A stretch of 64,000 nucleotides of DNA, from the IMG/VR virus record IMGVR_UViG_3300035696_001272; one strand, 5' to 3'. Positions 6,974 through 15,664 of the stretch are shown here, one piece after another. The translations under genes were made by a program, and so were the position numbers. Source of the stretch: a virus. Its lineage: Duplodnaviria; Heunggongvirae; Uroviricota; Caudoviricetes. Below the pieces are notes generated by a model. It made no database searches. It saw only the letters and a program-made list of their open reading frames with translations, and was not told the origin of the DNA. Every line of letters begins with the position of its first letter. Positions within the stretch are counted from its first letter, which is position 1.

Positions 6974-7404
6974 TGAAATGTCCTACGTGTTTTTCCATTA
7001 TGAAATGTATTAGTGAGATTCATGCCCTCCCACACCAACCTGGCAGAGAGAGAATGGATTTGCACTGTTACAATCGAGGAGATCCGCGAGAACCCAATAG
7101 ATGTCGTGCAAGATGCCATATGGGCGTAATCACCGAGGACCCCAAAGAATGGGTCTGTCATGAATATAGTTTTTCCTTCAAACATAAAGAAAAACACTAT
7201 ATTCTACGAAGCTACGATTACCTAGTAGATCCATACCATCAAGGTAGGCCATATGAAGCCAAAACGATTTTAGAAGCTTGGGATTTTCAGCCAGCAGGCA
7301 TTATTGAATTACCATATTTCATTCCAATCTCTACTAGTGATGATATGCATGAAAGAGCTTGGGATCTTTTTCATCGTTTGATAAATCTGAAAGTTTATGC
7401 TTAA
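6973..7404 (+). CDS. Hypothetical protein with N-terminal CPTC
   Basis: ORF; TAATG coupling. Confidence 0.6.
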   Translation: MKCPTCFSIMKCISEIHALPHQPGRERMDLHCYNRGDPREPNRCRARCHMGVITEDPKEWVCHEYSFSFKHKEKHYILRSYDYLVDPYHQGRPYEAKTILEAWDFQPAGIIELPYFIPISTSDDMHERAWDLFHRLINLKVYA

Positions 7405-7682
7405 TGAAATTCAAAGTTCTATTCAGTTTGAATGCAAATAGGCAAACTCCTATCATGTCCTACTATCGTCCAGATTGGGTATCAGATAGCAAGCCAGATT
7501 ATAATTGTGCTCAGATTCTGATTGACGTGCCAATACTTAACCCAGGAGAAAAATGCACGGGTATATTAGAACCATTGGCTATAGATTTTTGGAATAATGT
7601 TGCCATTAATGACGTATTAAAGTGTATGGAAGGGCCAAAACAAGTGGGTGAAGCCATTGTTTTGGAAATCATGTCCCCGTAG
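7404..7682 (+). CDS. Stand-alone EF-Tu domain-3-like beta-barrel protein
   Basis: KFKV...RQTP...YRP...LNPGE...EGPKQVGEAIVLEI vs EF-Tu KF...RHTP...YRP...VMPGD...EGGRTVGAGVV; TAG stop overlaps the tRNA-Arg 5' end. Confidence 0.6.
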   Translation: MKFKVLFSLNANRQTPIMSYYRPDWVSDSKPDYNCAQILIDVPILNPGEKCTGILEPLAIDFWNNVAINDVLKCMEGPKQVGEAIVLEIMSP

Positions 7683-7748
7683 CCTAAAGGATAGGCAACA
7701 GTTTCCTAAACTGTTTTTATGTTGGTTCGAGTCCAATCGGGGATACCA
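7673..7748 (+). tRNA. tRNA-Arg(CCU)
   Basis: GTCCCCG/CGGGGAT-A-CCA; ACAGT TT-CCT-AA ACTGT; GTTGG TTCGAGT CCAAT. Confidence 0.92.
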
Positions 7749-7768
7749 TAACTGATATATAATCCGTT

Positions 7769-8506
7769 ATGAAGAACGGAATTATTCTAGCTGGCGGAAC
7801 TGGCTCTAGATTGTTACCTCTCACCCAAGTTGTTAACAAACACTTGTTGGGAGTCAACGGAAAATTCATTATTGATTACCCCATAGAATCACTCAAGAAA
7901 ATGGGGTGCCAAGATGTCACGGTCATCTTGGGCGGCAATCATTACTCCCAGGTTGTGGGATACTTAGGTGACGGCAACCGATACGGCCTAAATTTCAACT
8001 ATGTCTACCAGTCCGAGCCAAAAGGCATTGCTCACGCTATCAGTTTGTGCAAAAAATTCGTCTATGACGATTCAGATTTTTCTGTCATTTTAGGTGACAA
8101 TATTTTCGAGAACACATTGCGCTGGAACAATCCTAATTGGAAAACCAATCCACGAGCACAAATCATGCTATCTCACCATCGTGATTTGAAGCGTTTCGGC
8201 GTTGCCTCTGTAGATCAAGAAGGTAAGATAATCAAGATTGAAGAAAAGCCTAAAGAGCTAGATCCCAATTACAAAAATTTAGCCATTTCTGGCTGTTACC
8301 TCTTTACTCCTCAGTATTTTGAGTATTTTGAAAGATTAAAACCAAGCGCTCGTGGCGAATATGAAATCACTGACATCATTCGCTACTATTTGCAAGATGA
8401 CAATCTTTCATACTCCACCATCAATGGCTTATGGAGTGACGCAGGCACACACGAGTCAATTGCATTTGTCAATAATTACTTCTATACTAAATCTCAAAAT
8501 CTTTGA
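7769..8506 (+). CDS. rmlA: Glucose-1-phosphate thymidylyltransferase (RmlA-like sugar nucleotidyltransferase)
   Basis: GIILAGGTGSRLLPLT..VNKHLL, QSEPKGIAHA, LGDNIF, RFGV, EEKP, PSARGEYEITD, WSDAGTHES. Confidence 0.88.
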   Translation: MKNGIILAGGTGSRLLPLTQVVNKHLLGVNGKFIIDYPIESLKKMGCQDVTVILGGNHYSQVVGYLGDGNRYGLNFNYVYQSEPKGIAHAISLCKKFVYDDSDFSVILGDNIFENTLRWNNPNWKTNPRAQIMLSHHRDLKRFGVASVDQEGKIIKIEEKPKELDPNYKNLAISGCYLFTPQYFEYFERLKPSARGEYEITDIIRYYLQDDNLSYSTINGLWSDAGTHESIAFVNNYFYTKSQNL

Positions 8507-8547
8507 TATAGTAGACTCAGATTACTGTATTAACGATTTGGAGAGCG

Positions 8548-9435
8548 ATGAAAGTACTAACTTTAGGTTCCGGCTTTATAGCTGATCATTTGCCATATGA
8601 TAAGATAACTGGTAGGGTGTTGCCTAGCAGTGACGAGGTTAACGCTTTGCTAAAGACAGCCGCTGTACAATTTGGTGGGAAACCAAATGTCATTGTCAAC
8701 TGTATCGGCAAAACTGGCAGGCCAAACGTTGATTGGTGTGAGTCTCATAAATTTGAGACTTATGAATCCAATGTAGTTATTCCATTATTGATATCCGAAT
8801 GGTGTAAGAAAAACGATGTACACATGGTCCAGATTGGATCGGGCTGTATTTATTTTGGTGAGTCACCTAATGTTAAATGGATTCAACCACAAAACGTAGC
8901 ACGGGCACCAGCAATTGAAGTTGATTTTGGTTGGAAAGAAGATGACTTTGCTAATCCCAAGTCATTCTATTCCAAGACCAAATATGCTTGTGATTTGATG
9001 TTAGGGCAGATGCCGCACGTGACTACATTGCGCATTAGAATGCCAATCTCAGATCAAGATACTTCACGCAATCTCATTAACAAGCTTAGGGGATACAAGC
9101 AAGTAATTGATATCCCAAATTCTGTGACTTTTATGAGCGACCTAACTCGTTGTGTTAAATGGGCCGCTGATAATAGACCCGGAGGAATTTATCATGTAGC
9201 CAATCCGGAACCATTAACGGCTGCTCGTGTTATGAAAGAGTTCCAGAAATATGTTCCAGACCATAAGTTCGAAATTATTAACGAACAACAACTGGATCAA
9301 TTGACGGTGGCTAAACGATCTAATTGCATACTTTCTACTGAAAAATTGGTAAGGGCCGGTTTCCGGATGACCAATTCAGAATATGCATTAGCCATTTGTA
9401 TGACCGAGTACGTCAAAAATATGCAAGGAAGATAA
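8548..9435 (+). CDS. NDP-4-keto-6-deoxyglucose 3,5-epimerase/4-reductase (NRS/ER, RmlD-like SDR)
   Basis: LGSGFIA, NCIGKTGRPNVDWCE, SFYSKTK, TLRIRMPIS, IPNS, GIYHVANP. Confidence 0.8.
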   Translation: MKVLTLGSGFIADHLPYDKITGRVLPSSDEVNALLKTAAVQFGGKPNVIVNCIGKTGRPNVDWCESHKFETYESNVVIPLLISEWCKKNDVHMVQIGSGCIYFGESPNVKWIQPQNVARAPAIEVDFGWKEDDFANPKSFYSKTKYACDLMLGQMPHVTTLRIRMPISDQDTSRNLINKLRGYKQVIDIPNSVTFMSDLTRCVKWAADNRPGGIYHVANPEPLTAARVMKEFQKYVPDHKFEIINEQQLDQLTVAKRSNCILSTEKLVRAGFRMTNSEYALAICMTEYVKNMQGR

Positions 9436-9629
9436 TGTCTAACAAGAATGTTACTATTGATTTGAAAGCTAGAAAAGATGTTGACGGCCAAACTTTTTAT
9501 GTTGGCAAGATTAAGGCACCGATTTTGATTGACTGCTCCATGGGCGCAGTGTTTCTTGTCTTCGTTTCTGATAAGGGCGATGAACAACTTCAAATTGCTT
9601 TGATGGATAATAAAGAATTGGACGATTGA
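9435..9629 (+). CDS. Hypothetical protein
   Basis: TAATG coupling to the upstream gene. Confidence 0.6.
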   Translation: MSNKNVTIDLKARKDVDGQTFYVGKIKAPILIDCSMGAVFLVFVSDKGDEQLQIALMDNKELDD

Positions 9630-9630
9630 G

Positions 9631-9933
9631 ATGACTATCCACTTTGAAGAGCTTTGGGTAAAATGCGAAGACTTTTTCAAAGAGTCTAATAGTTCGACTC
9701 AATCCGTTCTAGAAGAGCTTACTCTAAAGTGTAATCTTTATAAAGTAATCGATTCCAGAACAGAAATTCCAGAAGAAGAACGCCAAAAGATAAAATCTCG
9801 CACAATGGGCGAGATTCTATTGACACTGACTTGCTTGTCCTTAAAGGACAATGTTAACGTCTTTGAAGCTTTGAATACGGCTTTACAGTATCGTAATATA
9901 GAGCACTACAGTAAGAAGCATCCAGTAGCTTAA
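9631..9933 (+). CDS. Helical protein, possibly degenerate MazG-like
   Basis: GEILLTLTCLSLKDNVNVFEAL resembles GDLLF...DPEEAL of MazG; weak. Confidence 0.35.
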   Translation: MTIHFEELWVKCEDFFKESNSSTQSVLEELTLKCNLYKVIDSRTEIPEEERQKIKSRTMGEILLTLTCLSLKDNVNVFEALNTALQYRNIEHYSKKHPVA

Positions 9934-10265
9934 ACTGGATTAACCTTCAAGACGAATGGTAGCTTGTTATGGCTAGCCAATTGGTTAACAACATTTTGAA
10001 TTGTTGTAACGGTAGATTGAGTGGCTCCTGGTCCAAGCTTGACATCCAATCGGTCAGCGGCTGCCACCATACCATCAGGTCCCTTTTGAATCATTGCTAG
10101 GACGGCAGGTGGAAGAGCGGCCTTAATAACCTCTACTTGGTTCAATTCTGGTTTAGCTGGCTCCATGTGCTGTGGGGCAGTTTGAATTTGTGCCAACTTT
10201 TCAATTGCCTTTTGTTGCTTTTCGGCAATTTTTACGAGTGTTTCGATAATCTTCTTGGAATCCAT
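9930..10265 (-). CDS. Hypothetical protein, paralogous N-terminus with 10297..10668
   Basis: IIETLVKIAEKQQKAIEKLAQ; GGAG SD. Confidence 0.7.
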   Translation of the reverse strand: MDSKKIIETLVKIAEKQQKAIEKLAQIQTAPQHMEPAKPELNQVEVIKAALPPAVLAMIQKGPDGMVAAADRLDVKLGPGATQSTVTTIQNVVNQLASHNKLPFVLKVNPV

Positions 10266-10296
10266 AGTAGCTCCTATAATTGATAATACCAGATTA

Positions 10297-10668
10297 TTAG
10301 TCAGTAAATGTGATCGAAAGTGTAGCCCCCAAATCTGGTTTTTGGGACTGTACTTGAGCCTTTAGAGTGTCAATGTATTTCTGGCGAATTTTGTTATCTC
10401 TTGGGGCGCCTTTTACGAAAACTGAGTAGTTTGGAGCCGCAACTACCAAGCTACTAGAGCCTGGAGTTGAGCCAAGGCCACCGCCCTTATCATGTTTCAC
10501 ATCGATGCTGGTAGCGGCAAATCCAACATTCATTGCAGCTACTTGGGCGGCTTTTCTCAAATACTCAACATTAGGGTCAAGTCCTTGGGCCAATTTCTGT
10601 AGAATATCCTGTTGCTTTTTGGCAATTTTAACTAGTTTTTGAATAATAGTCTTTTCTTTGGAATTCAT
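10297..10668 (-). CDS. Hypothetical protein, paralogous N-terminus with 9930..10265
   Basis: IIQKLVKIAKKQQDILQKLAQ; GGAG SD. Confidence 0.7.
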   Translation of the reverse strand: MNSKEKTIIQKLVKIAKKQQDILQKLAQGLDPNVEYLRKAAQVAAMNVGFAATSIDVKHDKGGGLGSTPGSSSLVVAAPNYSVFVKGAPRDNKIRQKYIDTLKAQVQSQKPDLGATLSITFTD

Positions 10669-10670
10669 AA

Positions 10671-11117
10671 TTACTCCGCACTTGATGTTTGCTGTAACAA
10701 ATAGCAGACTTCTTCACGCTTGCTGGCAATCTCCATAATCATATCGTCCAAACCTAGCGTCAGCTTGCCCTCTTCTTCAAAGCAGTTGTAGGCGTCCTGG
10801 GAGAATTTAAGAAAATCTTTCTCGACCTGGAGGCCCATCTGCACTGGGTCACTTTCTAAACTCTCATATTTCAATAAAACTTGACGCAAGAGATTGGCCT
10901 GTAGTTCGTAGTCGAGGCATGGAGCGCCAAAGAGACCTATGAATTTTTCAGCAGCCGCATCCAGATTCTTCAAGGTATCATTGTAAACTCTCTCATACAT
11001 TAGGTGATTACCATAAAAAGCAATACCTTTGGCAGTCCAATGATTATGTTGATGAATTAGTGCTATTGCCTTGAGTGAAGCAACGTACAAAGCACATATC
11101 TTGCCGCATTTATCCAT
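10671..11117 (-). CDS. Dps/ferritin-like protein
   Basis: HNHWTAKGIAFYGNHLMYERVY...LDAAAEK keeps the HW/H/D...E ferroxidase pattern. Confidence 0.75.
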   Translation of the reverse strand: MDKCGKICALYVASLKAIALIHQHNHWTAKGIAFYGNHLMYERVYNDTLKNLDAAAEKFIGLFGAPCLDYELQANLLRQVLLKYESLESDPVQMGLQVEKDFLKFSQDAYNCFEEEGKLTLGLDDMIMEIASKREEVCYLLQQTSSAE

Positions 11118-11168
11118 GAGTTGTCCCTACTAACTGGTTTGCAAAAGCATATGTTTTTATTAGTAACT

Positions 11169-11777
11169 TTATAGTAAAATAGTCTGTTTCAAGCCTACTT
11201 CATCAACTTCTTGGGCATAAACCGCAACTTCCTTGCTGTACAGATTTCCTAATTGCATTGAATAACTGTAATATTGCGGAGCCCTGCTAGTTAATGGGTT
11301 GTTAGAGATAACATAGCCTAACCCACCATTATAAGACTGGTGCCAGGGCTTATCCTGATACTGAGAGACAAAGCTTAGTTCTAGATTATCGAATAGTTCA
11401 CCTTTACTGCTAGTACCATATGGAATACCACCATCTGTGATCAATACGCTACGAGTTGGAAAGTTTACCAAAACAACATTACACATGTTGCTTATCCATT
11501 GACTCACTTTAGTATCTTCTGTTTCTTTAAGTAATAGAAGATCATATCGGCCTGCTATATAGATAACTTTTTTAGAGATCAATAGTTCATTCATTTGATC
11601 AATGCGATTTTTAACTTCTTGAATGTCATCATAAGGGTAACTTAATCCACCATTGAAGACGATACAATCATAGTTAGGCATTAATTCTTTGACTCGTGAT
11701 AGTTTATTAGTCTGATTGTAGATTGGTCCTACTACCAATAATTTACGGATAGCCTTCTCTATAATTAACGCTGTCAT
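11169..11777 (-). CDS. Calcineurin-like metallophosphoesterase fold, degenerate motifs
   Basis: VVGPIYN (cf. GDIHG), VFNGGL (cf. GDLVD), IAGRYD (cf. GNHE), ITDGGI (cf. HGG). Confidence 0.5.
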   Translation of the reverse strand: MTALIIEKAIRKLLVVGPIYNQTNKLSRVKELMPNYDCIVFNGGLSYPYDDIQEVKNRIDQMNELLISKKVIYIAGRYDLLLLKETEDTKVSQWISNMCNVVLVNFPTRSVLITDGGIPYGTSSKGELFDNLELSFVSQYQDKPWHQSYNGGLGYVISNNPLTSRAPQYYSYSMQLGNLYSKEVAVYAQEVDEVGLKQTILL

Positions 11778-11891
11778 ATTGATCAGTTATATCCGAGCCC
11801 GTAAAAAATCAAAAAGGCGAACTCGATCTCGACAAACGATGAGGGGGTACCCTATAGGGGGAGTAGTGGTTATATATATTTTTGGAGTCCC

Positions 11892-12233
11892 ATGAAGAAA
11901 CAAAAGACAGTCGTTCCCTTTTCTTTCAAAGATATGACCAATCAACAAATGGTAGATCACCTAAATGAGAACTATCCAATAAGTCTAAAACACAATGAAG
12001 ATCTAGTTGAACGAGTCCATGCCAGATATCCTTTGCTAGACAAGTCAGAGGTGGGAATCATTATCAAAGCAGTATTTGCAAGTTTTCGCGATCTTCTGGT
12101 TCTCGGAAAAGTTCTGAATTTCAATAATTTGTTTTTCGATGCAAAATTACATTTCTTTGAGCATCGACGAGACGGTCATATATTACCTTCTCTGAAAGTT
12201 CGCGTCTCCACCCCGCCAAGGCTGAGGAAATAA
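11892..12233 (+). CDS. Divergent HU/IHF-like DNA-binding protein
   Basis: LDKSEVGIIIKAVFASFRDLLVLGKVLNFNNLF...KVRVSTPPRLR. Confidence 0.5.
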   Translation: MKKQKTVVPFSFKDMTNQQMVDHLNENYPISLKHNEDLVERVHARYPLLDKSEVGIIIKAVFASFRDLLVLGKVLNFNNLFFDAKLHFFEHRRDGHILPSLKVRVSTPPRLRK

Positions 12234-12565
12234 TGTCAAACAAAGAGTTAGATGATCTTCTATTAACCAACGAACCGCTTGTCGAAACCAAATTAGACTT
12301 AGACAAAGTAAAAGAAAATCTTCCTAAGTTTAGTAGTGAGAAGATATGTGAAATGATCGTTTGTGATCGTTACTTTGGTTTGGAGCAAAAAATTTCCAGT
12401 ATCTGCATGGAAGAATTATCTAAGCGCAGATTGGCTGGTGATAATTTTGATTTCGAAAGTTATATTGAAAAGGTGCATGGTGAATTACCCGAATTAGATT
12501 TATCTGTTTCAGATATTCGTACTGTGCTTCAAAAGGCCATCAATATGAGGAAATTTTCTAGATGA
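12233..12565 (+). CDS. Hypothetical protein
   Basis: ORF; coupled. Confidence 0.65.
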   Translation: MSNKELDDLLLTNEPLVETKLDLDKVKENLPKFSSEKICEMIVCDRYFGLEQKISSICMEELSKRRLAGDNFDFESYIEKVHGELPELDLSVSDIRTVLQKAINMRKFSR

Positions 12566-13122
12566 ATCAAAAGTTGACTGAACAAATAGTGTATCATGTC
12601 TTAGCAAATCTGGGTGCATTACCATCTACTTTTGTTGGGCAAAAGGCTACACAATCTCTCATAGATAAGCAATTTCTTTTACCAGAAAAAGTATCTTTTG
12701 AAATCGAAGGTGGAGAAATTCAACGCAAGAATATTTATGGTTGTCAGATTACGGTAACAAATTCCAAGGAGTTCAAGATGCTTTTAGCAGATTGCACTCA
12801 AGACAAAGATTTACCAGAGTATTGTTTGCTAGTTCAGTTAAAAGATTCTCCCACATTTGCTCTTTATTTAGTTTTCAATCAATTGGTTAGCGAACCAACT
12901 GACTCAGAGGCTATGATCGCTGTTAGTGTTGATAAGGTACATTGGATGCCATGTAGCGCTTATTTACAAGCAACTTTCTTAGCAGGTATGGAACAAATTC
13001 GAGATTTAGGTTTTAGCTGGTCCAAGTGTACTGGTTATCAAGAGCAATATAAGCATTTGCTTTCTTTTATCAAATTTCACAACAATTTTTATGGAGCTGA
13101 AGATGAGGGGCAAGAAAGCTGA
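12562..13122 (+). CDS. Hypothetical protein
   Basis: ORF; ATGA overlap. Confidence 0.7.
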   Translation: MNQKLTEQIVYHVLANLGALPSTFVGQKATQSLIDKQFLLPEKVSFEIEGGEIQRKNIYGCQITVTNSKEFKMLLADCTQDKDLPEYCLLVQLKDSPTFALYLVFNQLVSEPTDSEAMIAVSVDKVHWMPCSAYLQATFLAGMEQIRDLGFSWSKCTGYQEQYKHLLSFIKFHNNFYGAEDEGQES

Positions 13123-13576
13123 TACTGTTTTTATTTCTGAATTCATACAACATTGTGTTGCGGGTCTAGGGCTGCAAACATCTGATGACATCGTCAAGCA
13201 AGCCAAAATTATCATTCAAGAGATTGATGAAGACATTCGCGCTGTCGAGAAAAAGAAAATTACTCGCTCCAAGTTATTGGATGTTATAGCTGCTTTTGAA
13301 AAACCAACCAGCAACAAAGCCGAAGAGGCCAAGATGCTGTCTTTCTTCAAAATCCAGTATCCGAAAACTTGCAAAGAAATTTGTGAGTTATTGAAGCATA
13401 AAGTAACGTTCTTGCCAACTTCAAATTGGGTAACTACTGATCTCGATGTTGCCGAGTACAATTTTTGCATCAAACAAATGATCGAAGCTAAAATACTTGC
13501 TAGAGCCGAAGAAAAACTAGTTCGTGGTGAGCGATTTGAAGAATACATGACTTTCGTATTAGGTGAGGACCAATGA
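13103..13576 (+). CDS. Hypothetical protein
   Basis: GGAG SD before ATG 13103. Confidence 0.65.
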   Translation: MRGKKADTVFISEFIQHCVAGLGLQTSDDIVKQAKIIIQEIDEDIRAVEKKKITRSKLLDVIAAFEKPTSNKAEEAKMLSFFKIQYPKTCKEICELLKHKVTFLPTSNWVTTDLDVAEYNFCIKQMIEAKILARAEEKLVRGERFEEYMTFVLGEDQ

Positions 13577-13607
13577 TTCTTTTACTATTACAAGATAGAA
13601 AAATAAG

Positions 13608-14000
13608 ATGCACCTAGTGGATTATACTGGCCCTAATGGTAACAAGTACACTATTTGCGGTCACATTTATTTTGGCTCCATCTCTCCACAAAATGAAGTG
13701 GTTAATCTTTTAGCTTTGGATAATGCCGTACATAATATTTGTCGTGATTGCTATAGTACTTACGAGGCTATGGTAAGGTGGAGTGATTTTCGTGATGTTA
13801 AGAGCACCTTGCAAAACGAACTTACTAGAAATTGTAAAATACAAGAACAGGGCGGCGATTTGTGGACCGAGTATTGGTATCTTGAAGACAGAGATGATGG
13901 TCCAGCAAAACATATGCAAAAAGCTCGTAAGAAGAATAAAAAGTCTCGTAAAAGAAAGAACTATTTGCAATTTCTGCCCAACGTTACATCTGGGAAATAA
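13608..14000 (+). CDS. Hypothetical protein with Cys/His zinc motif and basic C-terminus
   Basis: ICGH...ICRDC; RKKNKKSRKRK. Confidence 0.55.
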   Translation: MHLVDYTGPNGNKYTICGHIYFGSISPQNEVVNLLALDNAVHNICRDCYSTYEAMVRWSDFRDVKSTLQNELTRNCKIQEQGGDLWTEYWYLEDRDDGPAKHMQKARKKNKKSRKRKNYLQFLPNVTSGK

Positions 14001-14326
14001 TGTCGTTGAGTATAAGTAAAAGAGATTTATGGCACTATGTTAATCGTAAAATAAAGCGATTGATTCATCATTACCATGTATTTAGTGTCATCAGTATCCT
14101 ATTTGAAGAGATGATAAAGGACTTGCAAGCGGGGCAAGAGATTAAAATCGCTAACTTCGGTACATTATTGTTGAAAAACACATCACCACGCAAGTATCAT
14201 GATGTAAGATTTCGTCGCATAATGGAGTCACCAGGTCATCGAATTATGAGGTTATTTTTGGCCAAACCTATTCGCAAAAAATTGTGTGACTCTTTAGATC
14301 TTGACAACAAATTGAGGAATAATTAA
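14000..14326 (+). CDS. HU/IHF-like DNA-binding protein
   Basis: LFEEMIKDLQAGQEIKIANFGTLLLK...PRKYHD...F.A.PIRK. Confidence 0.7.
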   Translation: MSLSISKRDLWHYVNRKIKRLIHHYHVFSVISILFEEMIKDLQAGQEIKIANFGTLLLKNTSPRKYHDVRFRRIMESPGHRIMRLFLAKPIRKKLCDSLDLDNKLRNN

Positions 14327-14327
14327 G

Positions 14328-14714
14328 ATGAACAAAAGAGGCCCTCGTCCCGTCGTTTTTGTGTGCATTGGTATGGATCATCAAAAGCCTAATGAATTTG
14401 TGTCGAGAGTAATTCAGGCAGTTTCCCAACAGGAAGCCGCCTCTTTATTTTTTGAACAAACGAAAAGTAAAGCGCAAACTGTCCATGGCCCTTTTCGACC
14501 AAAGAGAGCGCAAGTATTAGAGAATACGCGCACTTTGAAATTCTCAAGTGAACAAAAACGAGCATTTTATAATGATTGGGAAGTTACCGCTGTCTTTTTG
14601 AAAGAGCCCGAAAACCATGCATATTTAATCTTTATCAAAAGGACGGATGGTAAAAAACAGCCCGCCCCGAAGGGTACAGTGGTTGTGCCCCTCTCTGAAC
14701 TGAGGTTTATCTGA
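14328..14714 (+). CDS. Hypothetical protein
   Basis: ORF. Confidence 0.65.
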   Translation: MNKRGPRPVVFVCIGMDHQKPNEFVSRVIQAVSQQEAASLFFEQTKSKAQTVHGPFRPKRAQVLENTRTLKFSSEQKRAFYNDWEVTAVFLKEPENHAYLIFIKRTDGKKQPAPKGTVVVPLSELRFI

Positions 14715-15068
14715 ATGAATAAGTCATTTCTTCAAAAAATGAAAAACTCGCTTCTAGCACAGAAGCAAGATCTATTAAAGCAAACTGTACAACAAGAAGT
14801 CGATGTGGACACCGAAGGTGATGAAACAGACGAGATTCAAGGCAATATGTTGATCGAAATGACCAACCAACTCAATAGCCGCAATTCCGTCAAGCTGTCC
14901 CAAATTGAAGCGGCACTCAAGAGAATTGAAGAGAACTCTTACGGCTTATGTCTAGACTGTGGTGAGTCAATTCCTGAGAAACGATTGTTGAACAATCCAT
15001 ATTTTCAAACCTGTGTTTCTTGTGCAGAAGAACGTGAAATCGAAGAGAAGCAACGAAAGAGGTCTTAA
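14715..15068 (+). CDS. dksA: DksA/TraR C4 zinc-finger protein
   Basis: GDETDE coiled-coil tip; IEAALKRIEENSYGLCLDCGESIPEKRL...TCVSCAE. Confidence 0.88.
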   Translation: MNKSFLQKMKNSLLAQKQDLLKQTVQQEVDVDTEGDETDEIQGNMLIEMTNQLNSRNSVKLSQIEAALKRIEENSYGLCLDCGESIPEKRLLNNPYFQTCVSCAEEREIEEKQRKRS

Positions 15069-15070
15069 TC

Positions 15071-15655
15071 TTGAACACATTAGTATTAGAGCAAACTGAA
15101 CATGGTGAAGTGCCGATGGATGTGTATCAGAAGTTGGCTAATGACAGAATTCTGTTTATCACAGATTACATTGATGACGATACTGCAACTGATCTCATCG
15201 CTACCTTGTTATTGAAAGATAACGAAGATGAAGAAAAGAAAATCACTCTTTTCATTAATTCACCTGGCGGTGATATTCGCAACGTCTTCATGATCTATGA
15301 TGTTATGCAAATGGTCCACGCGCCTATTGAAACGTGGTGCATCGGTGCCGCCTCTGATGAAGCCGCCTTACTGTTGGCTGGTGGAACTAAGGGTATGCGC
15401 ATGGCCACCAAGAACTCTGTCATTTCTGTTAATCAGTTAGTCAATAATTGGCACATGCATACCAATATGACAGATGCTAAGAATTTGATGGAACAATTTA
15501 AGACTGATAATGATCGTTTGCTAGATATTTTGTTCAAAGCAACCGGCAAAACTGTCAAACAGTTGAGAGAAGATTTTGATCGTCGAATGTACTTTACTGC
15601 TTCCAAAGCTATGAAGTATGGTCTAATTGACAAGGTTGTATCGCCAAACAAATGA
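15071..15655 (+). CDS. ClpP-family subunit lacking the catalytic triad (ClpR-like)
   Basis: DRILF, INSPGG, CIGAASDEAA (Ser->Asp), SVNQ (His->Asn), DRRMY (Asp->Arg), YGLID. Confidence 0.85.
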   Translation: MNTLVLEQTEHGEVPMDVYQKLANDRILFITDYIDDDTATDLIATLLLKDNEDEEKKITLFINSPGGDIRNVFMIYDVMQMVHAPIETWCIGAASDEAALLLAGGTKGMRMATKNSVISVNQLVNNWHMHTNMTDAKNLMEQFKTDNDRLLDILFKATGKTVKQLREDFDRRMYFTASKAMKYGLIDKVVSPNK

Positions 15656-15664
15656 GGCAATATC

